This document shows, piece by piece, positions 39,064 to 49,259 of a DNA stretch of 64,000 nt. Both the position numbers and the translations under genes were made by a program. The stretch's first letter is position 1; each line of letters starts with the position of its first letter. A model generated the notes under the pieces. It ran no database searches. It saw only the letters and a program-made list of their open reading frames with translations, and was not told where the DNA came from. This stretch comes from an uncultured Enterobacteriaceae bacterium (GTDB taxonomy: Bacteria; Desulfobacterota; Binatia; Bin18), in contig CAYWPF010000025.1 of the NCBI GenBank assembly GCA_964460065.1, positions 25,504 through 89,503 of the forward strand, in the 5' to 3' direction.

Positions 39064-39171
39064 CTAGCGGCGGCGAGCTGTTTTTTTCTTCGCCGGGGCC
39101 TTGCGGGCGACTTTTTTCTTAGCCACCTTTTTCACGGCCTTTCGAGCTGTCTTTTTCTTAGCTGCGGGCAT
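39064..39171 (-). CDS. 35-aa Lys/Ala-rich basic protein (histone H1-tail-like), not in the ORF track
   Basis: I translated by hand: MPAAKKKTARKAVKKVAKKKVARKAPAKKKTARRR*. RBS GGAGG lies 5 nt upstream. A terminator follows. Confidence 0.45.
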   Translation of the reverse strand: MPAAKKKTARKAVKKVAKKKVARKAPAKKKTARRR

Positions 39172-39313
39172 AGCGACCTCCTTCGTTCTGAGTTTGGGAA
39201 CCCCTTAGTTGTTTATATGATCCTTTTTCGCATTGAGAATTCATCCTCCTACTTTTCTATCAGATGAACGACTACGTCGCAACAAAAACGTTTAGCGAAA
39301 CACAACCTAATGG

Positions 39314-40600
39314 TCATTTGTTAAATACTTGTTTACCTGCATAAACAGCGCGCGACCCGAGTTCTTCCTCTATTCGTAACAATTGGTTATATTTGGCTGT
39401 TCGTTCGCCACGACATACGCTCCCGGTTTTTATTTGACCAGCATTCAACGCGACGGCGAGATCAGCAATGCTCGTGTCTTCCGTTTCGCCCGATCGGTGG
39501 GAAATTACGGAAGAATAACCGTGCGTTTTTCCCAATGCCACGGTTTCTAGTGTTTCCGTTAGAGTCCCTATCTGATTGACTTTTATTAGGATCGCGTTCG
39601 CAGTCTTCCGTTCAATGCCAATCGCAACACGTTTAGGGTTCGTCACGAACAGGTCGTCTCCAACCAACTGGATCTTGGAGCCCAGCTCTTCCGTCAGAAG
39701 CTTCCAACCGGGCCAATCATCCTCGGCTAATCCGTCTTCTATTGATACCAGTGGGTAGGTGCTGGTCCACTTGATGTACTTTGTTATGAGGTCTGAGGCG
39801 TCCTCCGGCGGAGTCCCCGCCTTGGCGAAGATGTATTTTCCGCCGGCCGCGGTGCTGTAGAGTTCGGTCGCGGCCACGTCTAAGGCTAGCCAAATGTCCC
39901 GCCCAGCCGTGTATCCAGCCATGGTGATGGCCTCGAGTAAAAGGTCGAACGCTTCCTCGTTGGTGCGAAGATTTGGAGCAACGCCACCTTCGTCTCCAAC
40001 CGCTGTAGATAGGCCACGTCGCGTGAGTAGTAATTTTAGGCTCGAGAAAACTTCAGCACTCATTCGGAGTGCCTCTCTAAATGAGCGGGCGCCAGCAGGC
40101 ACGATCATAAACTCTTGGATGTCTATGTTGTTAGACGCATGAACCCCGCCGTTCAGGACATTGACTAATGGTACCGGAAGCGTGCGCGCGCGGGTACCGC
40201 CAAGAAATCGATAGAATGGTTGTCCTCGGGCGGCGGCGGCGGCCTTTGCTACTGCGAGGGACGTTGCAATTAGGGCATTTGCCCCGAACTTCTTTTTGTT
40301 TCGTGTTCCATCTAAGTCAAGAAGTATTTGATCAATATATGCTTGATCTTCTGCATTCTGGCCCCTTAGAGTTGCATCGATTGTAGTGTTAACCTTGCTG
40401 ACAGCTTTCTCAACCCCTTTACCGCCATATTGCTTTTTCCTGCTGTCTCTCAATTCCCAGGCTTCATGAGCGCCGGTTGAGGCGCCGGAGGGTGCTGCGG
40501 CGCGCCCTTTCGAGCCGCTCGACAATAAGACGTCGACTTCTACAGTAGGGTTGCCGCGACTGTCCAATATTTCTCTGCCGACAATTTTTTTTATCTTCAT
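39314..40600 (-). CDS. eno: Enolase (phosphopyruvate hydratase)
   Basis: 428 aa. N-terminus [24 protein letters not shown]. Enolase signature throughout. Confidence 0.95.
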   Translation of the reverse strand: MKIKKIVGREILDSRGNPTVEVDVLLSSGSKGRAAAPSGASTGAHEAWELRDSRKKQYGGKGVEKAVSKVNTTIDATLRGQNAEDQAYIDQILLDLDGTRNKKKFGANALIATSLAVAKAAAAARGQPFYRFLGGTRARTLPVPLVNVLNGGVHASNNIDIQEFMIVPAGARSFREALRMSAEVFSSLKLLLTRRGLSTAVGDEGGVAPNLRTNEEAFDLLLEAITMAGYTAGRDIWLALDVAATELYSTAAGGKYIFAKAGTPPEDASDLITKYIKWTSTYPLVSIEDGLAEDDWPGWKLLTEELGSKIQLVGDDLFVTNPKRVAIGIERKTANAILIKVNQIGTLTETLETVALGKTHGYSSVISHRSGETEDTSIADLAVALNAGQIKTGSVCRGERTAKYNQLLRIEEELGSRAVYAGKQVFNK

Positions 40601-40699
40601 TTAAGTTTGTTACCCTGTCTCGGCCGACGCTAGTATCTTTCGTCAGCGTAGAATGTACATCTTAATGTTGCTCCAACCGTTCAGAGTCCGTAAAATAAA

Positions 40700-41017
40700 A
40701 TGATTATGGCGGTCAGTGTGATAAGAAAGATGTGGCTCCCGTTTGTCCTCGCACTATATATTTTGTTTATTTATTTAGCGGTTTGGGGTGACCGTGGTTT
40801 AATACATCTGGCGCGCCTCGACGAAGAACAACGGGACATTGAAAGACAAGTTCGCCAATTGCTAAGTGAGAATACCGCTTTAAAATCTCGCATTGAGCGC
40901 GTCCACGGGGACGATTTATTTTTGGAGAAAGTAGCACGGGAAACTTTGGGTCTGGTACGTGAATATGAAATCATTTATCGGCGTGGGATTCCCGGTGAGT
41001 CGAGGGCGGACGATTAG
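40700..41017 (+). CDS. ftsB: Septum formation initiator (FtsB/DivIC family)
   Basis: 105 aa with an N-terminal TM helix followed by a coiled coil (EEQRDIERQVRQLLSENTALKSRIERV). Confidence 0.7.
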   Translation: MIMAVSVIRKMWLPFVLALYILFIYLAVWGDRGLIHLARLDEEQRDIERQVRQLLSENTALKSRIERVHGDDLFLEKVARETLGLVREYEIIYRRGIPGESRADD

Positions 41018-41040
41018 GTCGGCCTGATTTTTTATGGCCA

Positions 41041-41793
41041 TCAGCGCCTCCCACTCGCGACGGCGGCCTCCGCCATCTCTTCTATGATCAGGTTTGCGGC
41101 GTGAACGGGGTCTTCAGCGTCCCGGATGGGTCTTCCGACCACTAAGTAGTCCGCTCCGTTACAAATTGCTTGGTACGGCGTGAGTACCCGTTTCTGATCG
41201 TTAGCTTCGGAATCTCGGGGACGCACCCCGGGTATAACTAGTTTAATTGCTTCTCCACACGCAGCCCGAATAGACTCGGACTCGTGGGGCGAAGCAACCA
41301 CTCCGTCGATACCAGCATCTCGAGCTAGCAAAGCGAGTCGGACTGCATGATTGGTCGCACCAGCTCGTATACCCATGAGTCGTAGATCGTTTGATTCTAG
41401 GCTTGTAAGCACCGTGACAGCAATGAGTAATGGGCGTTTGAGTGTTTCTGCACGGCACACGGCGTTTACGGCGTCAACCGTGCGTGCGAGCATAGTTGAG
41501 CCACCGGATGCGTGCAAGGTCAGCATGTGTACGCCGAGTCGTGTTGCCTCGACAGAAGCGGCGGAAACGGTCTGTGGGATGTCATGAAATTTAAGATCTA
41601 AAAACACGTTGCCGCCGGCGGATCTGACGCTTCGGACGACGTCCGGCCCGGCGTGCACGAATAACTGCTTTCCGATTTTGAAGAGGCCGACCTCGGAAGA
41701 GAGGTGCGCAACGTAACCTTCTGCTTCTTTCCGAGAGCCAACGTCAAGGGCAAAAATTAGCTTACTCCGTGCCCATTCCTTTGCGCTGAACAT
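41041..41793 (-). CDS. pyrF: Orotidine 5'-phosphate decarboxylase
   Basis: 250 aa. KLIFALDV...FLDLKFHDIPQTV motifs. Confidence 0.9.
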   Translation of the reverse strand: MFSAKEWARSKLIFALDVGSRKEAEGYVAHLSSEVGLFKIGKQLFVHAGPDVVRSVRSAGGNVFLDLKFHDIPQTVSAASVEATRLGVHMLTLHASGGSTMLARTVDAVNAVCRAETLKRPLLIAVTVLTSLESNDLRLMGIRAGATNHAVRLALLARDAGIDGVVASPHESESIRAACGEAIKLVIPGVRPRDSEANDQKRVLTPYQAICNGADYLVVGRPIRDAEDPVHAANLIIEEMAEAAVASGRR

Positions 41794-41829
41794 TGATAGA
41801 ATCCGCTCTCTGACATAAGGTGGAGCAAC

Positions 41830-43536
41830 CTAATTTCTTATCGTGTTCTTAATGACCTCGACTGCTCCGCCTACTTGTATTTCCGAGTTCTGTCCGTCTT
41901 TACGTTGTTTCAGCTCGATGACTCCCCGGCCTAAAGATTTGCCGCCAATGGTGACCCTCAACGGGATACCTAGGAGATCGGCGTCTTTGAATTTTACACC
42001 AGGCCGTTCCGGCCGGTTGTCCAACAGCACTTCTACGCCTGCACGTTGCAATTTGCTGTAAATTTCTTCGGCCGTATTTCGTGTACTTTCGTCATTCCAG
42101 TTGATGGGTACTATGTGGACGTCGAGTGGCGCAAGCGGTTTTGGCCATATGATCCCTGCATCGTCATGATTTTGTTCAATTGCCGCAGCCACCGTGCGGG
42201 TAATACCGATCCCATAACAGCCCATTTCCATAGCGTGCTGTTTGCCTTCTGCGTCCAGATAACCCGCATTCATTGCTTGGCTATATTTTTTTCCAAGGTA
42301 GAATGTCTGACCCACTTCGATTCCCCTATGTTCGTCAAACGTTCCTTGATCGCAACGCGGGCATCCGTCACCCGCCTTAGCCAGTCGTAGGTCCCCGAAT
42401 TCTAACGCGGGAATGTCGCGCTCGATATTTACGTGTACTAGGTGCTTATCGATTTCGTTAGCGCCGCAGATCAGACCCTTTTCTCCTTTGAGAGACTTGT
42501 CGCCGAGCATTGTTGCTTTTATGCCTATCGGTCCTACAAAACCGGGTGGTGTACCTGCCACAGTTTGGACAGCTTCATCGCCGGCTAAAACGACCTGCTC
42601 GCAGCCAAGCAAGTTCTTCAGTTTAGGCTCACTTAGTTCCTGATCGCCACGAACCACGGCAACAACAGTTGCACCTGTGTCCGTAGTGTAGACAAGGGTT
42701 TTGAGGAATCGTTCCGGTGCTTCCCCGAGGAATGTAGATACTTCCTGGATAGTGCGGTGACCTGGCGTTTCGACGGTGGCGATTTTCTTATTATTCAAAT
42801 GCGTAGATGGGATAGGATCAGAAAGTTCTGCTTTTTCAACATTAGCCGCGTAGCTGCAGGAATTACAACTAACAACAGCGTCCTCGCCAGAACTGGCCAG
42901 GACTTGAAATTCGTGGGACATAGTTCCACCGATAGCGCCGGTATCGGCTTCCACAGGCCGATAGCTCAAACCGCACCGGTCGAAGATGCGACTGTACGCG
43001 TCAAACATGTTTTGATATTCCCGCTGGCAATCCTCTAGGGTGGTGTGGAAAGAGTAGGCGTCTTTCATAATGAATTCTCGGCCCCGCATAAGACCAAATC
43101 GTGGTCGAACTTCGTCACGAAATTTGGTCTGGATCTGATATAAATTAAGCGGGAGATCGCGGTACGAGCGTACCTCTTTTCGCACAATATCAGTGACGAC
43201 TTCTTCGTGCGTTGGACCAAAACAAAAATCTCTTTCGTGCCGATCCTTTATCCGCAGTAACTCCCGCCCGTACGCACTCCATCTCCCACTTTCTTGCCAC
43301 AATTCGGCTGGGCATATTGCAGGCATGAGAATTTCCTGTGCCCCGGCTCGGTTCATTTCCTCACGCACAATTTCCTCCACTTTGCGTAGGACTCGGAGAC
43401 CAAGAGGCAAAAAATCGTACACGCCGCGGGCTACCTGCCGTATCATACCGGCCCGAAGTAGGAGTTTGTGGCTTATGACCTCTGCTTCTGCGGGGTCTTC
43501 GCGTAACGTTGGGATAAAGGTTTGATGGTAAAGCAC
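41830..43536 (-). CDS. proS: Proline--tRNA ligase (bacterial type)
   Basis: 568 aa. Class II aaRS motifs (FRDEVRPRFGLMRGREFIMKDAYSF). ProS length including the editing insertion. Confidence 0.9.
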   Translation of the reverse strand: MLYHQTFIPTLREDPAEAEVISHKLLLRAGMIRQVARGVYDFLPLGLRVLRKVEEIVREEMNRAGAQEILMPAICPAELWQESGRWSAYGRELLRIKDRHERDFCFGPTHEEVVTDIVRKEVRSYRDLPLNLYQIQTKFRDEVRPRFGLMRGREFIMKDAYSFHTTLEDCQREYQNMFDAYSRIFDRCGLSYRPVEADTGAIGGTMSHEFQVLASSGEDAVVSCNSCSYAANVEKAELSDPIPSTHLNNKKIATVETPGHRTIQEVSTFLGEAPERFLKTLVYTTDTGATVVAVVRGDQELSEPKLKNLLGCEQVVLAGDEAVQTVAGTPPGFVGPIGIKATMLGDKSLKGEKGLICGANEIDKHLVHVNIERDIPALEFGDLRLAKAGDGCPRCDQGTFDEHRGIEVGQTFYLGKKYSQAMNAGYLDAEGKQHAMEMGCYGIGITRTVAAAIEQNHDDAGIIWPKPLAPLDVHIVPINWNDESTRNTAEEIYSKLQRAGVEVLLDNRPERPGVKFKDADLLGIPLRVTIGGKSLGRGVIELKQRKDGQNSEIQVGGAVEVIKNTIRN

Positions 43537-43783
43537 CGGACCTCCAGACTCACAGTTCTTTCCGAAACAATTATTCAGCAGGGCGCTTTAGTGTCAAGCC
43601 GGGCCACCGAATGGAGGGGCGCTGACATTCCAAAGATTGGCTTTGGCGGGCCGTATTTTTTGAGGGGCGTTGCCGTCGGTAGTGCCTGTACTGTGTATGC
43701 TACGTTCCTTTCACCCCTTTTCTTTCGGACCGTCTAAACCTATAATTCGGCCCGATCTAAGAAGCTTCGGGGCAGGAGAAAAA

Positions 43784-44968
43784 ATGGACTTTGACTATTC
43801 GGAACGAGAGGAATCTTTCAGGCAGGAATTCCGGTTATGGTTAGAAGAGAACCCACCCGACAACTTTAACGCGGACACTTTCGAGACTATAGAGCAGAAT
43901 GGTCGTTTTCGGATTAAGCTCGACTGGCAGAAGAAACTCCACTCCGGAGGCTGGGTTGGCATTCACTGGCCCGAACAGTACGGTGGCCGCGGCGCGACGA
44001 TAATGGAACAAACCATATATCAACAAGAGTTGGGCCGCGCCGGCGCACCAGGCCTTGCTAACCCGTTAGGAATTTCGCTTGTGGGACCGACTCTCATGCA
44101 ATGGGGGACCGAGCGACAAAAACAACGGTTCATACCCAAAATACTTAGCGCGCACGAAATTTGGTGCCAGGGCTACTCCGAGCCTGGGTCGGGATCTGAT
44201 CTGGCGTCGCTCCAGACGCGCGCGGAAGAAGTCGGTGACGATTTTCTCGTGAACGGCCAAAAGGTCTGGACGAGTTTTGCCCAGAAGGCAGATTACTGTA
44301 TTTTAGTTGCGCGCACTGATCCGGACGCGCCAAAGCATAAAGGCCTGTCTTATCTTCTCGTGAACATGCACTCCCCAGGAGTGACGGTAAGGCCGTTGGT
44401 TCAGATATCCGGCGATGCGGAATTCAACGAGGTGTTCTTTGAGGACGTACGGGTCCCCAAGGAAGATTTGGTGGGGGAAAAAAATAACGGCTGGCAGGTC
44501 GCAATTACGACTCTAATGTTTGAGCGTGCGAACTTTGGAATGATATACAACCTTGACCCCATGCTGGAGCGTCTCAAAAAAACACTAAAGGATTTCGAGA
44601 GAGATGACCGTCTCGCGGCGAATGATACAAGCGTTAGACAACAAATCGCGGCATTTCACATTGAAATACAGGCGCTCAAATACAATGGATATAGACAATT
44701 GACTCGGCAGCTTCGGGGCGACCCGCCGGGACCAGAAGGCTCTATTAGTAAGTTGGCGGGCAGCGAATTGTATGTTCGTATGGCGCATTTTGCGATGGAA
44801 GTCTTGGGCGCTCATAGCCAGTGCGCCCTGGGTGAGGAGCGCGGCACCGACAACGGCTTTTGGTCGCGGCGGGCATTAGGATCGCGCCTGTACACTATAG
44901 CGGGCGGTACATCAGAAATTATGCGAAACATTGTAGGAGAGCGGGTCCTACAGTTGCCGAAGGGCTGA
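43784..44968 (+). CDS. Acyl-CoA dehydrogenase
   Basis: ACAD fold (GWVGIHWPEQYGG...YSEPGSGSDLASL). I set the start at MDFDYSE, which follows RBS GGAGAAAAA. Confidence 0.85.
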   Translation: MDFDYSEREESFRQEFRLWLEENPPDNFNADTFETIEQNGRFRIKLDWQKKLHSGGWVGIHWPEQYGGRGATIMEQTIYQQELGRAGAPGLANPLGISLVGPTLMQWGTERQKQRFIPKILSAHEIWCQGYSEPGSGSDLASLQTRAEEVGDDFLVNGQKVWTSFAQKADYCILVARTDPDAPKHKGLSYLLVNMHSPGVTVRPLVQISGDAEFNEVFFEDVRVPKEDLVGEKNNGWQVAITTLMFERANFGMIYNLDPMLERLKKTLKDFERDDRLAANDTSVRQQIAAFHIEIQALKYNGYRQLTRQLRGDPPGPEGSISKLAGSELYVRMAHFAMEVLGAHSQCALGEERGTDNGFWSRRALGSRLYTIAGGTSEIMRNIVGERVLQLPKG

Positions 44969-44977
44969 GGAGGAATT

Positions 44978-46117
44978 ATGGATTTCGGTTTTAGTGAAGA
45001 TCAGGATTTGCTGCGGGATTCGTCCCGAAAGTTCTTGGACGCAGAGTGTCCGACTACTTTCGTCAGAAAGATGATGGAAGATGAGTCGGCACATGCTGCC
45101 GAATTATGGAAGAAGGCCGCCGACCTCGGTTGGATGGGTATCATTGTTCCTGAGAAATACGGTGGAATAGGAGGCAGTTTCCTAGATCTCGTTGTTGTCA
45201 TGGAAGAAATGGGTCGTTCACTCATGCCCGGCCCGTTTTTTGCTACGGTCTTGCTTGGTAGCACGGCGATACTAGCCGGGGGGTCGGAAGACCAGAAGGT
45301 CACGATTCTACCAGAAGTAGCTGCAGGAAACAGGCTATTGACACTGGCGCAGGCGGAGAAGAGTGGGCGATACGATGCGGGCGGAATAACTTTGCCGGCG
45401 GTGCCAAAAGGAAGTGACTTTCTTATTTCGGGCGAGAAGCTTTTTGTGCCCGATGCCCATGTCGCGGACCAGCTAATTGTGGCCGCCAGAACGGCCTCAC
45501 TCAGTACCCCCGAGGAAGGCATTACGCTATTTCTCCTAGACGCGAAGTCTCCCGGTGTCGAAATTGAACAGTTGAAGACGGTCGATATGACGCGGCGTCA
45601 GTGCCACGTCAGTTTCAAGGACGTTGCCGTTAGCGGGGCTCAGGTAGTGGGGACGGTGGACGACGGTTGGTCAATTCTTAGTCGGGTTTTGCAACAGGCC
45701 GCAACAGGGCTGTGTACGGAAATGGTAGGGACAGGACAACAAGCGCTCGACATGGCGGTCGAGTATGCCAAAGAGCGTGTTCAGTTTGGTAAACCAATTG
45801 GCAGTTTTCAGGCGGTGAAGCACAAATGTGTGGACATGATGGTTCAAGTTGAAAATGCCCGGTCCCTAACATACTACGCCGCTTGGACGGTTGATGAGGA
45901 AGTGGAAGAGGCCTCACAGGCCGTCCCGATGGCAAAGGCTTATTGCAGCGACATGTGCAAGACAGTGACAAGCGAAGCCATCCAAGTGCATGGCGGTATA
46001 GGCTTCACTTGGGAACACGACATGCATTTGTATTACAGACGAGGTCTTGCCTCGGAGGCAACTTTCGGAAGTGCCCCCATACATAGGGAGGCCGTTGCAA
46101 AAACCTTGGATCTGTAG
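44978..46117 (+). CDS. Acyl-CoA dehydrogenase (second, adjacent)
   Basis: 379 aa. ACAD C-terminal FGKPIGSFQAVKHKCVDM motif. A 9-bp gap separates it from the previous ACAD. Confidence 0.85.
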   Translation: MDFGFSEDQDLLRDSSRKFLDAECPTTFVRKMMEDESAHAAELWKKAADLGWMGIIVPEKYGGIGGSFLDLVVVMEEMGRSLMPGPFFATVLLGSTAILAGGSEDQKVTILPEVAAGNRLLTLAQAEKSGRYDAGGITLPAVPKGSDFLISGEKLFVPDAHVADQLIVAARTASLSTPEEGITLFLLDAKSPGVEIEQLKTVDMTRRQCHVSFKDVAVSGAQVVGTVDDGWSILSRVLQQAATGLCTEMVGTGQQALDMAVEYAKERVQFGKPIGSFQAVKHKCVDMMVQVENARSLTYYAAWTVDEEVEEASQAVPMAKAYCSDMCKTVTSEAIQVHGGIGFTWEHDMHLYYRRGLASEATFGSAPIHREAVAKTLDL

Positions 46118-46370
46118 TGGACGGGCTGGTGCGCTGTTCGTACAGGGTCGCCAGAGTTGTAGAGGAGTCGGTTTCTTTATGGGGCTTTTGATGACGCGGG
46201 ACCACTTTCGCCAGGCCGGTATGGCCCGCGACGGAGGGCCGAATAAATATTCTTGCACCATAATAGGCTCTCTAACTTCTATCTCACCATTGTGCCCCTG
46301 GTATTTTGGGGTGCAGTAGAGGTAAACTACCGGACGCCGCTGAGGAAAGACCGGTACGAAAGGGGAAAAT

Positions 46371-48005
46371 ATGGCTGAAGTTGATGGTAATTCTCTAGTT
46401 GTGAAATCGCTGAAAGATGAGGGCGTGGATACGGTTTTCTATATTACTGGCGGTCCGATGGTGGATGTAGCCTCGAAATGTATAGAAATTGGATTCAATT
46501 CGGTCGATGTGAGGCATGAGCAAGGCGCATCCATGGCTGCGCATGCATATAGTCGAGTATTAGGCAAACCAGGCGTTTGCTTTGCGGCGTCGGGCCCTGG
46601 TGTGACGAATCTCATAACTGGGGTAGGGAATGCATATCTGGATGCGGTTCCGGTGGTCGCTCTGGGCGGGGCGAGCGCAATCTCCCAAGATGGTATGGGG
46701 GCATTCCAGGAAATGGACCAAGTAGGAATGTTTAAACCCATCACGAAGATGTCCGAGAGGGTCAAGGATGCCCGCCGTATTCCAGAGATTGTAAACAAGG
46801 CTTTCAGAGTGGCAACAAGTGGCCAACCTGGCCCGGTTTACATCGACCTCCCCGGCGATGTGCTCTACCGAGTGGTTGAAGAAGGTGACGTAAACTTTCC
46901 GAAGAATCCGCACAGTGTCCCGCGTGTTTCCGGTGACGAGAAGTTGGTCAAGGATGCAATTGCCCTGCTTCAAGGGGCGGAGAGACCTTTAGTAATTACC
47001 GGTACCGGCATCCTTTGGTCGGACGCTATGGTGGAACTGCGAGAGTTTGTCGAAATGGCCGGAATTCCTTTCTATACAACGCCACAGGGCCGTGGAGTTA
47101 TTCCTGAAGACCATGAATTGAGTTTTCCGGGAGCCCGCAACCGGGCATGGAAGGAGGCCGACGTAGTACTTGTTGTTGGAACCCGCTTGAATTTCATCCT
47201 AGGGTTTGGACAGGCTCCACGTTTTTCGGAAAACGCAAAGATGATACAGGTCGATATTGCTGACGAGGAAATCGGGCGTAATCGCGCCGTCGATGTTGGG
47301 ATAGTGGGTGACGCCAAGATGGTCCTGCGCCAATTGATAGACGAGGGCAGCGATTCTTTCCGAGGACGGTCAGAGCTTGAATGGTTGAACACATTGCGGG
47401 GCTATGACAAACGCTCTCAGGAGAAGATGGAAGCGGCGATGAATGCGGAGTCGTCTCCGATGCATCCTTTACGTTTATGCAAAGAAGTTCGGGATTTTAT
47501 GGACCGTGACGCTATCGTAGTGGTTGACGGCCATGAGATATTGAACTTTGCTCGTCAATCGGTGCCGACGAATGCCCCAGGTCATCGAGTTAACGCCGGC
47601 CCGAACGGGTGCATGGGTGTAGCCGTGCCGTTTGGATTAGGCGCAAAAGTGGCGAAACCAGATACCCAAGTAATCGTATTGAGCGGGGACGGATCCTTCG
47701 GAATGAACGGGATGGAAATAGATACCATGGTGCGAAAGAATATTCCCGCCCTTATTGTTATTAGCAACAATGGCGGGTGGGCCGGCGCCGGCGTGATGAC
47801 GGCCGGTAGAGACCTCGGGTTCAGCAGATATGATGAAATGGCCAAGGTGTTCGGTGCTCATGGCGAGTTTGTAGAGAAGCCGGAAGACATACGTCCTGCG
47901 CTCGAGCGTGCTGTTGCGTCGGGCAAGCCGGCAGTCGTCAATGTGGTAACTGACCCGAGTGCCAGGTCTTCGACACAATCTTTCGCGGCGTATCGCGCGA
48001 TCTGA
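46371..48005 (+). CDS. Thiamine-diphosphate-dependent enzyme (acetolactate synthase / oxalyl-CoA decarboxylase / 2-hydroxyacyl-CoA lyase family)
   Basis: 544 aa. Three-domain TPP enzyme. GDGSFGMN...NNGGW ThDP-binding motif. Confidence 0.85.
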   Translation: MAEVDGNSLVVKSLKDEGVDTVFYITGGPMVDVASKCIEIGFNSVDVRHEQGASMAAHAYSRVLGKPGVCFAASGPGVTNLITGVGNAYLDAVPVVALGGASAISQDGMGAFQEMDQVGMFKPITKMSERVKDARRIPEIVNKAFRVATSGQPGPVYIDLPGDVLYRVVEEGDVNFPKNPHSVPRVSGDEKLVKDAIALLQGAERPLVITGTGILWSDAMVELREFVEMAGIPFYTTPQGRGVIPEDHELSFPGARNRAWKEADVVLVVGTRLNFILGFGQAPRFSENAKMIQVDIADEEIGRNRAVDVGIVGDAKMVLRQLIDEGSDSFRGRSELEWLNTLRGYDKRSQEKMEAAMNAESSPMHPLRLCKEVRDFMDRDAIVVVDGHEILNFARQSVPTNAPGHRVNAGPNGCMGVAVPFGLGAKVAKPDTQVIVLSGDGSFGMNGMEIDTMVRKNIPALIVISNNGGWAGAGVMTAGRDLGFSRYDEMAKVFGAHGEFVEKPEDIRPALERAVASGKPAVVNVVTDPSARSSTQSFAAYRAI

Positions 48006-48231
48006 AAATACGCGCCCAACAAATGGCGCTTTGATGGACATGCGTCCCTGGTGACGGTTAATCATAGGGGACCCATGTCTGGTTCCCTATGGGGGCGTGC
48101 CCACCAGGCCGAATAGGCGCGAAGAGATTCCGGTGAACGTTGCATCATACGCGAGTACCCGCTAAGGAGGACGGCGGCTGTTTGACTGGTGTGGACGATC
48201 GGCTGTGCGTTTAATAAAGGAGAAAAGATAC

Positions 48232-49227
48232 ATGGCAGAAGCGTTTGATGCCGTTGTAATTGAAAGAGCTGACAGGAAAATAACAGCAGCACATAAGAAA
48301 ATTCATCTGGAAGATCTACCGCCCGAAGATGTTACGATCAGCGTGGCATACTCCACACTGAACTATAAAGATGGATTAGCCCTCACTGGGTCTGCACCGA
48401 TTGCGCGTACGTATCCAATGATAGGTGGTATCGATTTGGCAGGGACCGTGGAATCTTCGGAATCACCACACTACCGATCGGGAGATAGGGTGCTTGTGAA
48501 CGGTTGGGGACTCAGCATGACGCACGGAGGAGGTTACGCGCAAAAACAAAGGGTCAAACCGGAGTGGCTTACACGCGTTCCGGATGCGTTTAGTCTGAGT
48601 CAGGCCATGGCCATCGGGACGGCAGGCTACACGGCGATGCTATGCATCCTGGATTTAGAACGAATGGGGGTACAGCCGGGCGATCGCGAAGTCATAGTTA
48701 CGGGGGCCGGTGGGGGAGTGGGTAGCGTCGCGGTTGCGGTGTTGGCTAAACTTGGCTACCGAGTTGTGGCCTCGACGGGGCGACCGCAACTCGCTGAGTA
48801 CCTCGCGGGTCTCGGAGCGTCGTCGATTATCGACCGTGCTGAATTAAGTGAGGCTTCTGGCCGACCTTTGGACGCCGAGCGCTGGGCGGGGGGGGTCGAT
48901 AGCGTCGGCGGACAGACGCTGGCTTCCGTATTAAGCGGCACCTGCTATGGAGGAACCGTTACAGCCTGTGGCCTTGCTGGCGGCGCCGACTTACCGACAT
49001 CAGTGTTACCCTTCATACTGCGAAATGTGAATCTAATAGGCGTAGACTCAGTTGTCTGTCCCGGACAGAAGCGACAGTTAGCGTGGGACCGCCTCTCGGA
49101 GGACTTGGCGCACAAACCGTTGGAGAAGATGACTGTTGTCGAACCAATGTCGAAGATTTTGGAACTTGCCCCCCAAATTTTGGCCGGCCAAATTCGTGGC
49201 CGAGTTGTTATAGATGTCAATGCCTAA
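48232..49227 (+). CDS. acuI: Acrylyl-CoA reductase / YhdH-type MDR oxidoreductase
   Basis: Near-collinear with E. coli YhdH (SLNYKDGLALTG...GTAGYTAMLCI...TGAGGGVGS...LPFILRNVNLIGVDSV). I set the start at MAEAF, which follows RBS AAGGAG. Confidence 0.75.
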   Translation: MAEAFDAVVIERADRKITAAHKKIHLEDLPPEDVTISVAYSTLNYKDGLALTGSAPIARTYPMIGGIDLAGTVESSESPHYRSGDRVLVNGWGLSMTHGGGYAQKQRVKPEWLTRVPDAFSLSQAMAIGTAGYTAMLCILDLERMGVQPGDREVIVTGAGGGVGSVAVAVLAKLGYRVVASTGRPQLAEYLAGLGASSIIDRAELSEASGRPLDAERWAGGVDSVGGQTLASVLSGTCYGGTVTACGLAGGADLPTSVLPFILRNVNLIGVDSVVCPGQKRQLAWDRLSEDLAHKPLEKMTVVEPMSKILELAPQILAGQIRGRVVIDVNA

Positions 49228-49259
49228 CGGCGGGAAAACAGATACTAGCGGCAGAGTAC

